Numbered from the stretch's first letter, positions 39,678 through 48,037 are shown. The stretch is 64,000 nt of DNA from a virus (IMGVR_UViG_3300024268_000035:1-64000); one strand, 5' to 3'. Program-made: numbers and translations. Notes: a model not told the origin generated them from the letters alone.

Positions 39678-39791
39678 AAGACACACAAAGAACGCGCAGA
39701 AGTGTGGAGTCGAACCATCATCACTGTTTTCAGTTGTCCTAAACCAATTAGACGAACCTCTGCTACTATGTAACATTGCTGATCGTGTCTT
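39678..39791 (-). ncRNA. Y-RNA-like element: terminal stem + TCAGCAAT enclosing a tRNA-like domain
   Basis: AAGACAC/GTGTCTT outer stem; inner GCAGAGG/CTTCTGC stem, TAATTGG D-like loop, GGTTCGACTCC T-loop. Confidence 0.65.
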
Positions 39792-39802
39792 TAAGGAGGG
39801 AA

Positions 39803-39915
39803 ACGGTGGGCAGGAATCGAACCTGCGCTTGCAGCTTGGATTTTTACATTGCTGTCAGTGAACCTTACGGATCACACGAAGGGGAGCCGCCGTCTTCCCG
39901 CTTGACTACCACCGT
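39803..39915 (-). ncRNA. tRNA-like RNA with the anticodon loop replaced by hairpin+ACAGCAAT
   Basis: ACGGTGG/CCACCGT acceptor, D-arm, GCGGCT/AGCTGC stem, GCAGG-TTCGATT-CCTGC. Confidence 0.7.
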
Positions 39916-39920
39916 ATGTG

Positions 39921-40037
39921 CGTCAGGGGTGGGACTCGAACCCACGACCTCGGGTTTAACAGACCTTGAATAAATTTGCTGTAAATGTCTCACACAAGAC
40001 ATATTATACGCGCTCTATCCAACTGAGCTACCCTGAC
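39921..40037 (-). ncRNA. tRNA-Asn(GTT)-like RNA interrupted by a 43-nt insert
   Basis: Removing 39966-40008 gives a complete cloverleaf with CGGGT-CTGTTAA-ACCCG. Confidence 0.75.
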
Positions 40038-40044
40038 ATTTGAC

Positions 40045-40115
40045 TCGTGCAACCGGAATCGAACCGATATTTACCAATCGCATCCACAGTGTACTTTTGC
40101 AGGTGTTACGCACGA
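40045..40115 (-). ncRNA. Degenerate tRNA-like element (acceptor + T arm) with a CCTGCAA variant motif
   Basis: TCGTGCG/TGCACGA, ATCGG-TTCGATT-CCGGT. Confidence 0.45.
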
Positions 40116-40238
40116 ATATTGAATCGGATTCATCGGTTTTTCCGAAATGCTGAAATCTGGCAAGTGAATTTCAAGCACGACCCTTATCCGATATGGGTCA
40201 GCAGAAAGGAGTTATATGAAGCGTATTATGTACGCTGA

Positions 40239-40357
40239 AGCGGAAGGAAGGAATCGAACCTTCGACACGTGAACCCATTTCAAAGAACATTGCTGTTAAT
40301 GTCAGCATACGCGACACCATATCTTTTTCATTGCTCTGCCGACTGAGCTACTTCCGC
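40239..40357 (-). ncRNA. tRNA-like RNA with an expanded anticodon loop carrying hairpin+ACAGCAAT
   Basis: GCGGAAG/CTTCCGC, GCTC-AGTCGGCA-GAGC, GAAGG-TTCGATT-CCTTC. Confidence 0.7.
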
Positions 40358-40374
40358 ATAATGACGGCTGATTG

Positions 40375-40488
40375 TGGGAACTGTGGAATCGAACCACAAG
40401 CATAAGATGTACCAGATCTCAAAGGTAAATTTGCTGTTAGTGTACGCCGTCCGTTACACTTTATAACGCTGCCTCCCAGACGTTCCCA
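40375..40488 (-). ncRNA. tRNA-like RNA (GGT anticodon arm) with hairpin+ACAGCAAAT inserted 5' of the anticodon arm
   Basis: TGGGAAC/GTTCCCA, GAGAT-CTGGTAC-ATCTT, TGTGG-TTCGATT-CCACA. Confidence 0.6.
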
Positions 40489-40495
40489 GAATAAA

Positions 40496-40578
40496 TGCCG
40501 GAGAAGGGACTTGAACCCATACGCGCTACGCGCATCAGGGCTTAAACCTGATGTGTCTGCCAATTACACCACACCGGC
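40496..40578 (-). tRNA. tRNA-Leu(TAA)
   Basis: Cloverleaf, TCAGG-TTTAAGC-CCTGA, long variable arm. Confidence 0.88.
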
Positions 40579-40583
40579 ATATC

Positions 40584-40725
40584 AAGCAAGGTATGGGCTA
40601 TTCTCCCATACAATAGATGGTCTATTTTGTATCTTACGACAAACAGGCAGGAGGGAGGTTGAAAAGAGAAGGGAGGTTCAGTTATTGTTTGTCGTTTGAT
40701 AGGCTTTCTCTTTGCCTACTTGCTT
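40584..40725 (-). ncRNA. Multi-stem candidate sRNA with two CCTCC anti-SD motifs
   Basis: Outer AAGCAAG/CTTGCTT stem, four internal helices, AACCTCCC twice. Confidence 0.45.
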
Positions 40726-40749
40726 TTAAGTTTCCAAAGGAATACTTGA

Positions 40750-40837
40750 CGGAGCAGACAGGACTCGAACCTGCACATCCTTACGAATTACTGACGGTTT
40801 AGCAAACCGCTGCCTTACCAATTAGGCTTACTGCTCC
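40750..40837 (-). tRNA. tRNA-Ser(GCT)
   Basis: Cloverleaf, GCGGT-TTGCTAA-ACCGT, long variable arm. Confidence 0.9.
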
Positions 40838-40861
40838 ACATGAGAAGCAAAGCTTCTCTGT

Positions 40862-40920
40862 AAAACGCTTTCGATAATCAGTCGATGAATGGCGATTAGT
40901 GATATTGCTGTAAGCGTCTT
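40862..40920 (-). ncRNA. Minimal stem+ACAGCAAT unit
   Basis: AAGACGC-TT-ACAGCAAT...GCGTTTT. Confidence 0.6.
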
Positions 40921-40931
40921 TATTTTTTGTC

Positions 40932-40989
40932 ACGGCACATATACATTCATAACCCCAAATTATGCGTATCAAATTGCTGTAAGTGCCGT
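40932..40989 (-). ncRNA. Minimal stem+ACAGCAAT unit
   Basis: ACGGCAC-TT-ACAGCAAT...GTGCCGT. Confidence 0.6.
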
Positions 40990-41012
40990 TGTGTTGTTCA
41001 GAGTTTTAAGCT

Positions 41013-42596
41013 TTAACCTTCCACAGTCTTAAAGAACACATCTGTACGGCGGTTCTTTTCACTGTCTTGTGCGGAAGGGTCTACGATCATTTTTGTATTG
41101 CCGTTACCAACAACGATAATACGATTTACATCAATGCCATTCGCCACGAAGAAATTCTTTACGGTCTTGGCACGTTCTTCGGAGAGCTTACGTCCGGCAT
41201 CAGTATCATCATAAGAATTGATGTTACCTTCGATCTGAATTACAGTGCCGTCCAGAGTTTTTGCGATTTCCACGAATTCACTGAGAGTTGCATTTGCTTC
41301 TGCATTGTCAAGGAACTTTGCGGTATTGATGACAAAGTTTACGGTTGCAGACTTGGAAAGCAGTGCCTGTGCATTCTTAATGGATTCCTTCTGTTCTTCT
41401 GTGATCTCAAAGGCTTCCTTCTCTGTGATAGAAGAATAATTATCGGAAAGCGTCTTGATATAGGAAGTATCGAACAGGGTTGCTCCAAGGGTTCTGTCTA
41501 CAGTTTCACCGATGCTTTCCCAGATGGTACACATATCAGCATAAACAGTGGGGCAGTCATTTTCCAGAGCGGAGAGATTTTCTGAATATCCCATCAGACC
41601 GGCATCGCCGCACATGGAGAGGATTTCTTCATCAGAAGAGTCAGCGAACATGGGCATAACCTTACGGATGTATTCAAACTCAGTGGTGTACATATCTTCG
41701 GCTTGGAAGATACCATCAATAAACTTGGACACTACATCCGGATGTGCCGATGCGAAATCGGAACGGAAGAGGATACCGTCCATGATGAGTTTGTTGGAAG
41801 CGGTAGTGTCAAACAAAATGTGAGAATTGGTACTGTTTTCGGCGTTGGAAAGATACGGCTGCCATGTTGCTGCAACATCAAGGCTTCCGGCAAAGAACGC
41901 CTGACCAGTTTGTTCTGCGTCTTCCAGCAGAATAAGGTTGTCGATGATCTTCTGCTTATCTGCGTCGGGGAGGTCTGATTTATTGACAAACCAGATAACA
42001 AGAGACTGGGCTTCACTGAATTTGGGAACACCAATCTTGGCATCTACGAGACTTTCGATGGATTTGAACTTGCTGAGTGCGATGATGCCATCACCACCGT
42101 CAGAGAAGTTAGTGTACACAGGAATTACTACATCCAAACCGGCATCGGTGAACTTTCCGGAAAGGAATGCTGTACGGTTGAGAGTATATCCGGCTGCGTT
42201 AAGATCACCCTTAATCAGCGCATTACTGGATGCTTCTGCATCGTTGATAATATTGATATTGACGGTGATTCCAAGTTTATCAAAAATGGAACCGGGCTGA
42301 GTGGTCAAACCACCATTTGCGTCGATGATCGGCTTCCAACCAATCCATTCATCCAGTGAAAGATTGATAGTCGGATCTGCGGTATCCGTCTTGTTTACTG
42401 CGGGAGTGTTTGAAGTCTTATTGTCAGTATCGGATGTGCCGATAATGGAGTCCAATGTATCGCTTCCGAAACTGGGGATAAGATCGGGCTTATGTTCTTC
42501 AATGTAGCGATAGCCGAAGAATCCGGCGACACAGAGAATAGCGATGATGATTACGAACAGGACGACGCGACCAGCGGTGGTCAACTTGAGTTTCAT
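41013..42596 (-). CDS. Membrane-anchored ABC substrate-binding protein (NMT1/SsuA-like) with C-terminal OmpA-like domain
   Basis: TM helix, SDGGDGI, ATWQPY, LSEERAKTV, NRRTD. Confidence 0.85.
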   Translation of the reverse strand: MKLKLTTAGRVVLFVIIIAILCVAGFFGYRYIEEHKPDLIPSFGSDTLDSIIGTSDTDNKTSNTPAVNKTDTADPTINLSLDEWIGWKPIIDANGGLTTQPGSIFDKLGITVNINIINDAEASSNALIKGDLNAAGYTLNRTAFLSGKFTDAGLDVVIPVYTNFSDGGDGIIALSKFKSIESLVDAKIGVPKFSEAQSLVIWFVNKSDLPDADKQKIIDNLILLEDAEQTGQAFFAGSLDVAATWQPYLSNAENSTNSHILFDTTASNKLIMDGILFRSDFASAHPDVVSKFIDGIFQAEDMYTTEFEYIRKVMPMFADSSDEEILSMCGDAGLMGYSENLSALENDCPTVYADMCTIWESIGETVDRTLGATLFDTSYIKTLSDNYSSITEKEAFEITEEQKESIKNAQALLSKSATVNFVINTAKFLDNAEANATLSEFVEIAKTLDGTVIQIEGNINSYDDTDAGRKLSEERAKTVKNFFVANGIDVNRIIVVGNGNTKMIVDPSAQDSEKNRRTDVFFKTVEG

Positions 42597-43342
42597 TACT
42601 TAGATCCTCCATATTTCTTTTTGAGATTTTCAAGATATTCGTCATTGGCGAGTTTGGCTGCTTGCTGTTCGGCGCGTTCCACCTTGGTGGAGGTACGGTT
42701 TTCATGAACAATCCGTGCGCCGTCCACTTCCTTCTTCAAGTCACTGGAACCTTCCATGACGGAATCCAGAAGTTTCTTGGTGGCTGTATCCTTTTTGAGT
42801 TCATCCAGATCTCCGAGGATGTCTTTGAGCTGGTCGTTCATACGCATTCCGTTGACGGTTTCTTTCTTGAGACGCTGAGTTTCACGAAGTTTCTTGCCGA
42901 GTGTGTCGTATATCTGCGTAGCATCAGCTACCATCGGCTTCAGACGAGCGATACACTCCCTCTTTTGTGCGAGTTCCGTCATGAGTTCTGAACGGCTTTC
43001 AGCATAGATTTCAGCTTCCTTCATCTTGCCGTTCCTTACAAGGTTTTCACAAGCGGCTTCCGCTTCCTTGATTTTGTTTTCAAGAATTTTGGCGGCATCT
43101 TCCGCGTGTTTCAATTCTCCTGAAAGTTTGTTTAATGTATCGGAAGCGCGGTTGTATTTTGCGCGAATTTCTTCGATTGCTTCACTAAAGATTGCCGCCG
43201 CGCCTTCAGGAGTTTTGGCGGCATCTTCAACGAAAACATTCAGAAATCCGCTGACAAGTACCTTTAACTTCTTGCGGACTTCCGGGAAGAGAATAAGAGC
43301 GAGAAGGATAATAGCAAGGATAATTCCGAGAATGATTTTCAC
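42596..43342 (-). CDS. PspA/IM30-like coiled-coil protein with N-terminal TM segment
   Basis: Hydrophobic N-terminus, long heptad region. Confidence 0.65.
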   Translation of the reverse strand: MKIILGIILAIILLALILFPEVRKKLKVLVSGFLNVFVEDAAKTPEGAAAIFSEAIEEIRAKYNRASDTLNKLSGELKHAEDAAKILENKIKEAEAACENLVRNGKMKEAEIYAESRSELMTELAQKRECIARLKPMVADATQIYDTLGKKLRETQRLKKETVNGMRMNDQLKDILGDLDELKKDTATKKLLDSVMEGSSDLKKEVDGARIVHENRTSTKVERAEQQAAKLANDEYLENLKKKYGGSK

Positions 43343-43932
43343 TTGGATTCCTCCATTCCTTTACAGAATTCTATGAGATTTGTGATGGACTTTACCTCAT
43401 CTGTAATAGAGGACTGAGCGGCAGAAATGATATCTTCTGCTTCCTTGATCTTGATGTTGGCAGATTCGATTGCCTGTTTCAGTGCTTCAATATCCATCTT
43501 GGCGATTTCGATTTCTGCTGTACGTTCTCTGGTAATCTTAGATTCTGCAGCTTTCAGCATCGACATTCTGGTATCACCATCAGAAAGCAGTGTTTCTACC
43601 TTGATACCAGACACCGCCAGAATTCCGGCGATAGTAGCCTGTTTTGTTGCCGTAGGCATTTCCGGCGGGAGCGTTGCGATAAGAGCCTGTACGGTAAAGA
43701 TAGAATTTGTCTTATCTGACAGGTCATTTTGATCGTAGATTTCGTCGATAATATTTGCAGGAGACTCGATATCCGCATCAACTGCAATCGGGACTTCTTC
43801 TGTCGGTTCTTCCTGTACGGGAACAGGTACGGTAGTCTCCGCTTTATCGTCTTCAAATACGATAAGCTTCTTTAATAATCCCATTTTCTTTCCTTTCCTT
43901 TCCTTTATGAGAGCTTGATTATATGTTCGCAC
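43339..43932 (-). CDS. Coiled-coil hypothetical protein
   Basis: Operonic ORF, likely start at MGLLKK. Confidence 0.55.
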   Translation of the reverse strand: MRTYNQALIKERKGKKMGLLKKLIVFEDDKAETTVPVPVQEEPTEEVPIAVDADIESPANIIDEIYDQNDLSDKTNSIFTVQALIATLPPEMPTATKQATIAGILAVSGIKVETLLSDGDTRMSMLKAAESKITRERTAEIEIAKMDIEALKQAIESANIKIKEAEDIISAAQSSITDEVKSITNLIEFCKGMEESK

Positions 43933-44492
43933 ATCCTCACAGCTTCCTCTTCGCTGTGTGTTACCATGAGGATTGTGTTTGCGGTTTCATGATGGACTTC
44001 CATGATAAGGTTCTGCATCTTTGTTCTGGTTACATCATCCAGTGCGGAAAGCGGTTCGTCCATCAGCAGGTATGTAGGCTTGACAAACAGGACTCTGGCA
44101 AGAGCCAATCTTTGCTGCATACCGCCGGAGAGTTCCGTTGGATATCGATCAAGATAATCACCAAGACCAACTTCTTGCAGGATTCGCTCTGCTGTTGGAA
44201 CAAGTGACTTGCGTTTGCTGCGAGTTCTTTCAGCAATCAGGATGTTGTCTCTGCAGGAAAGCCAATCGAAATTGGTGTATCTCTGGTGCATCATATAGAT
44301 AAGCTGTCTGTCTTTTCTGATGATTTCGCCTGAGAGTGGTTTATGCAGTCCAGCAATGGTTTTCAGCAATGTGCTTTTTCCACAGCCAGATTTTCCGAGT
44401 ATTCCGTAAATCTTCCCATTCTCAAATGTGAAATTCAACGGATCGGTGAGAGGGTGATCGTACCCAACCGATAGATTATTCAATGTTATCAT
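43905..44492 (-). CDS. ABC transporter ATPase (TauB/SsuB-like)
   Basis: GKSGCGKST, LSGGMQQR, LLMDEP, VTH. Confidence 0.93.
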   Translation of the reverse strand: MITLNNLSVGYDHPLTDPLNFTFENGKIYGILGKSGCGKSTLLKTIAGLHKPLSGEIIRKDRQLIYMMHQRYTNFDWLSCRDNILIAERTRSKRKSLVPTAERILQEVGLGDYLDRYPTELSGGMQQRLALARVLFVKPTYLLMDEPLSALDDVTRTKMQNLIMEVHHETANTILMVTHSEEEAVRMCEHIIKLS

Positions 44493-45249
44493 CTTTGTAT
44501 CTCCACTGAAATGTTTTCCGGATCAGCATCTTTCCGATACGATCAAACAGATAACTGAACACCACAATCGTGAGGATTGCTGCAAACACAATGGCGGTTT
44601 TACCTCTGGCGGCTCCTACATTGATGATGAAGCCAAGACCTTTTATGGCGTTCACTTCTTCCACAACAGCAACATACGTCCATCCGATTCCATACATCAT
44701 CAGGAACGAATTCATAATAGAGGGCAGTGCGGCTGGCAAAAGAATTTCTGCAATAATTTCATGTGGTCGCATTCCGATTGACTTCCCGGTATCAATCAGA
44801 TCCTGCGGCACATCTTCCATGCACAGTATGGTTGATGGGAGAAGATACACAAAGGTTGCAAGGAACAGAAACGAAATTTTCATAGTCTCATCTATTCCAA
44901 ACCACAGGATCAGAAGGGGCGAAAATGCTGTAACTGGAATGTACCTCATTGCAGATACGATTGGTGTGATCGCATCTTTAACAGGTTTTACTGCACAAAT
45001 CAGTAATGCAAGGGGAATTGCTACTGCCATCGACAGAATGGCGGACACAGATATACGAGCGAAAGAGTAAAGCAAACCGGGAAGTAGTTGATTGGTTTTA
45101 ATAAGTCCAACCAATGCAGATACAACGGATAACGGGGAGGGGATAAAGAGCGGCGTTGTCATGGCGGATCCAATCTGCCATATTATCAGAAGAATAATAA
45201 CTCCCATTGTTTTCTTCAAGATATTGCAGCCGCTTTTACCGCCGAGCAT
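44476..45249 (-). CDS. ABC transporter permease (TauC/SsuC-like)
   Basis: Multiple TM helices, RYIP, LWFGIDE, GWTYVAVVE. Confidence 0.9.
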   Translation of the reverse strand: MLGGKSGCNILKKTMGVIILLIIWQIGSAMTTPLFIPSPLSVVSALVGLIKTNQLLPGLLYSFARISVSAILSMAVAIPLALLICAVKPVKDAITPIVSAMRYIPVTAFSPLLILWFGIDETMKISFLFLATFVYLLPSTILCMEDVPQDLIDTGKSIGMRPHEIIAEILLPAALPSIMNSFLMMYGIGWTYVAVVEEVNAIKGLGFIINVGAARGKTAIVFAAILTIVVFSYLFDRIGKMLIRKTFQWRYKDDNIE

Positions 45250-45518
45250 TAGGACTCCTTTTTCTGTTCCTTCTGCTCCGCCTGTTCTTTCTTGTATGTA
45301 CAGTCGGCAGGTTTCAGGACAGCTACATAGTTGTCTGCGTTTACATAGGTGGACAATGGCTTAACTTTGCCCTGAGGCTGATTTCTGCGGCAGCCGCGTT
45401 TGTGGAAATTCAGAAACTTACAGCCGTTACAGGTAATGGACTTGTCCACCCAGTAACTACCCGTTTCTGTTTTTGCCTCGATTTTGGGTTCATTCTTGAT
45501 CTTTTCAGTCTTTTCCAT
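45249..45518 (-). CDS. Small Cys-containing protein
   Basis: CNGCKF motif, GGAG RBS. Confidence 0.45.
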   Translation of the reverse strand: MEKTEKIKNEPKIEAKTETGSYWVDKSITCNGCKFLNFHKRGCRRNQPQGKVKPLSTYVNADNYVAVLKPADCTYKKEQAEQKEQKKES

Positions 45519-45971
45519 GATTGTTTACTCCTTGTTCAGAGATTATGATGTTACTTCTTTGAGTTTTCCTATTCGGAAAAAGTACGGCAAGGATGTTGAC
45601 CCTACCCCCCCATTATCAGGCGGACTCGGTAGCGGCTTTCCGCACATTGGGCAGTATTTGAACTGAATATGATTACCAGCAGTATCAGAGAAAACATTGG
45701 TTCCAAGGCGAATAAACGCTTTTTTAGGAGCATTTACTGACACAGACGATTCTACCCAAAAGCCTCTCTGCCATTGGCAATATCCGCATCCAATCAAATC
45801 GCATCACCTCCCATTCATAGAATTAACATAGCAAGTTTTCTGCATTTGTTATCCGTTCGGGAGTTAAACCCGCTCTCCGTTAAGGCGTTCCACCGGGAAC
45901 TGTGCGGACAAATAGGGTTGATTAGTTAATTCCATAGGTGTACTTAAAAGGCTTGCGCCTTTGTAAGTATG

Positions 45972-46922
45972 TTATCTTGTCGGGAAGAAGTAATCCACAA
46001 ACTTTCGATAAGACTGTAAGCGTTTATTTGCCACAGAAACATTGATGTATTTTTCGTTAAAAACCTTGCTGATAGTTTCCATATCACCTTGACGGATTGT
46101 TCCGTTTGCACATTCATACAGATACGCTCTGTGATATATCCCAGACCAATATACCTTATCATAATGGAATAGGTTAGCGTCCTGATCCGGGTCGCTTTTA
46201 CCGAAATTCCTTATAAAGATTCGCATGACCTTAGGTTCTTCTATTCTTGCGGATCTTACGGTTCGTAAAAGATAACTGGATTCGACATATTTCAGAGTGA
46301 TTATTCCTCTGGCAGAAGATCTATATTCGGTGGCATCCTTATACTCAGTCAAAAAACTCATGATTTTCTGGTTTGGGTATATGTTTTTGTTTCCAACAAC
46401 AATATGATCGTCCTTGACATCCGATTTCAACATGGCGATAGCATCTTCTAATTGAACTCCACACCATGCCATATAGATAGCGGCAATTTGTGTAGCAAAA
46501 ATAGCATCATCTATTCTATCTGCTGCGTCCAAAGTTGCATCAATGGCATTCTGCAATTCCTGAAAGTTCTTGAAAAAGTTTGCTTCGTAGACCTGACTTG
46601 TATCAATATCGTCATATTTTATAGATACGAGCAGTTCAATGTTGTCTTCGTTTACGATACCGTATTTCAAAAGGAACTCAAGGTATTTTTTGATACGGCT
46701 TTTGTCTGCAAGGAAACCTTGAATATTGCTTGTGTTCAGATCGGAGATCAGACGAATGAACTCATCTTTGGTATAGCCTTGTTCCAAGGTTTTTTGGTAT
46801 TTTTGTTCAAAGCGATGCAGGCGCATCCAGAAATTTTGAACCGTTCGTGCAGATGCTTCGGAATGTGCATTTCCGTTCAGAAGCTTTTCGATATAAAGGT
46901 CACGGTAACTACTGTTATCCAC
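45972..46922 (-). CDS. Tyrosine-recombinase-fold repressor, SPbeta MrpR/YopR-like
   Basis: AIYMAWCGV...AMLKSDV and VYWSGI motifs, no catalytic Arg; GTG start after GGAGG. Confidence 0.6.
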   Translation of the reverse strand: MDNSSYRDLYIEKLLNGNAHSEASARTVQNFWMRLHRFEQKYQKTLEQGYTKDEFIRLISDLNTSNIQGFLADKSRIKKYLEFLLKYGIVNEDNIELLVSIKYDDIDTSQVYEANFFKNFQELQNAIDATLDAADRIDDAIFATQIAAIYMAWCGVQLEDAIAMLKSDVKDDHIVVGNKNIYPNQKIMSFLTEYKDATEYRSSARGIITLKYVESSYLLRTVRSARIEEPKVMRIFIRNFGKSDPDQDANLFHYDKVYWSGIYHRAYLYECANGTIRQGDMETISKVFNEKYINVSVANKRLQSYRKFVDYFFPTR

Positions 46923-46974
46923 GTTCACCCCTCCATGCCTATGAAGTTGTTTAGTTTGCTCCTCGGATGATGTT

Positions 46975-47003
46975 ATTATACCACACAGAAAACGATTTGT
47001 CAA
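46975..47003 (-). promoter_or_regulatory. Consensus sigma-A promoter for the MrpR-like gene
   Basis: TTGACA-N17-TATAAT exact match. Confidence 0.85.
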
Positions 47004-47023
47004 TAGGAGTTAGCAAAATAATT

Positions 47024-47500
47024 TTAATTTTTTTCGTATTTTTTCCAAGTAAGATACATGGAGATGAAATACTCTGCAAACTCCGGAGATACACCATGAC
47101 AATTGTTGGCAATAACATGATCGAGAATGTTAGCTATTTCTTCATTCTTTGCACTTACAGGGAAACGCTTGCTTACAGATTCACCGGATACTGTTGTAAC
47201 AAATAAATCTGCATAGGGGCGGACATACTTTTTTTGGATATGAAATCCAATATGTAATTCGGCATCAGAGACTATTTCTTCGTACACGTCGGTATAGATG
47301 TTCGGTACGGTTCCGCTGGCAAGAGCCAACTGTACTGCTTCATACAGTACATCATCCCAGAGTTTTTTATGACATTTGAATACGAATCGCTTGGGATTAA
47401 CGCTGATCGTATCCAAGTCAACCGCTGAGATCGGTTCGTCCCTCATACCATTATTGATTATCATGGTTCTGCCTCCAATTTCATTATTATGTCTTGACAA
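47024..47500 (-). CDS. Hypothetical protein (likely start MIINNG)
   Basis: First gene after the leftward promoter; GGAGG RBS. Confidence 0.55.
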   Translation of the reverse strand: MSRHNNEIGGRTMIINNGMRDEPISAVDLDTISVNPKRFVFKCHKKLWDDVLYEAVQLALASGTVPNIYTDVYEEIVSDAELHIGFHIQKKYVRPYADLFVTTVSGESVSKRFPVSAKNEEIANILDHVIANNCHGVSPEFAEYFISMYLTWKKYEKN

Positions 47501-47522
47501 AAGAGAAAATATGAGTTATAAT
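47494..47522 (+). promoter_or_regulatory. Consensus sigma-A promoter for the XRE/ImmA operon
   Basis: TTGACA-N17-TATAAT exact match. Confidence 0.85.
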
Positions 47523-47558
47523 ATATCCGAAAAAGATAATATATTCTCGGTTGCTCTT

Positions 47559-47587
47559 ATTATAGCACACAAAAGTGTTGCTGTCAA
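47559..47587 (-). promoter_or_regulatory. Consensus sigma-A leftward promoter
   Basis: TTGACA-N17-TATAAT exact match on the minus strand. Confidence 0.85.
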
Positions 47588-47629
47588 TAGGAAAACGATA
47601 AAATATTATCGCAAATTGCGGAGGTTTTT

Positions 47630-48007
47630 ATGGATTCAATTTTATTTCAGAGAATACGAAAATTATGTAAGGATAGAAATATCACAATCAAGAAAATGTC
47701 AGAAGATCTTGATATTGGCACGTCTCTGATCCGAAAATGGAAGACTACAACATCTCCATCCATTGATAAAATAAAAACTATTGCTGAATACTTTGATGTT
47801 TCGATTGACTATTTGATTGGACGTACCGATATCGAACAGCCGCTTGAAAAATTCATTGGCGATAAAGATATCATATCTATCCAAAGAGCAAGGAACAGAA
47901 TGTCTGATGAAGATCGTAGCCGTATGATGAATAGTTTACGTGCTACATTTGATAAAGCGTTCAGTGAAGAAAGTGAAGAATCAAGCGGAGACGACGAAGA
48001 AGAATAG
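47630..48007 (+). CDS. XRE-family HTH repressor (ImmR-like)
   Basis: IRKLC...SPSIDKIKTIAEYFDVSIDYLIGRT. Confidence 0.9.
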   Translation: MDSILFQRIRKLCKDRNITIKKMSEDLDIGTSLIRKWKTTTSPSIDKIKTIAEYFDVSIDYLIGRTDIEQPLEKFIGDKDIISIQRARNRMSDEDRSRMMNSLRATFDKAFSEESEESSGDDEEE

Positions 48008-48037
48008 TATATTGTATTTATCCAAGAGATATTTAAG

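Noticed and set aside
40750-40837. tRNA-Ser(GCT) as a dedicated supply for the poly-Ser leaders
   Set aside because: The leaders use both TCN and AGY codons, and nothing in the sequence supports the link beyond proximity
45605-45611. G7 tract in a small Cys-rich ORF as a phase-variable site
   Set aside because: Shorter run near the C-terminus of an uncharacterised ORF, with no alternative domain evident in the other frames
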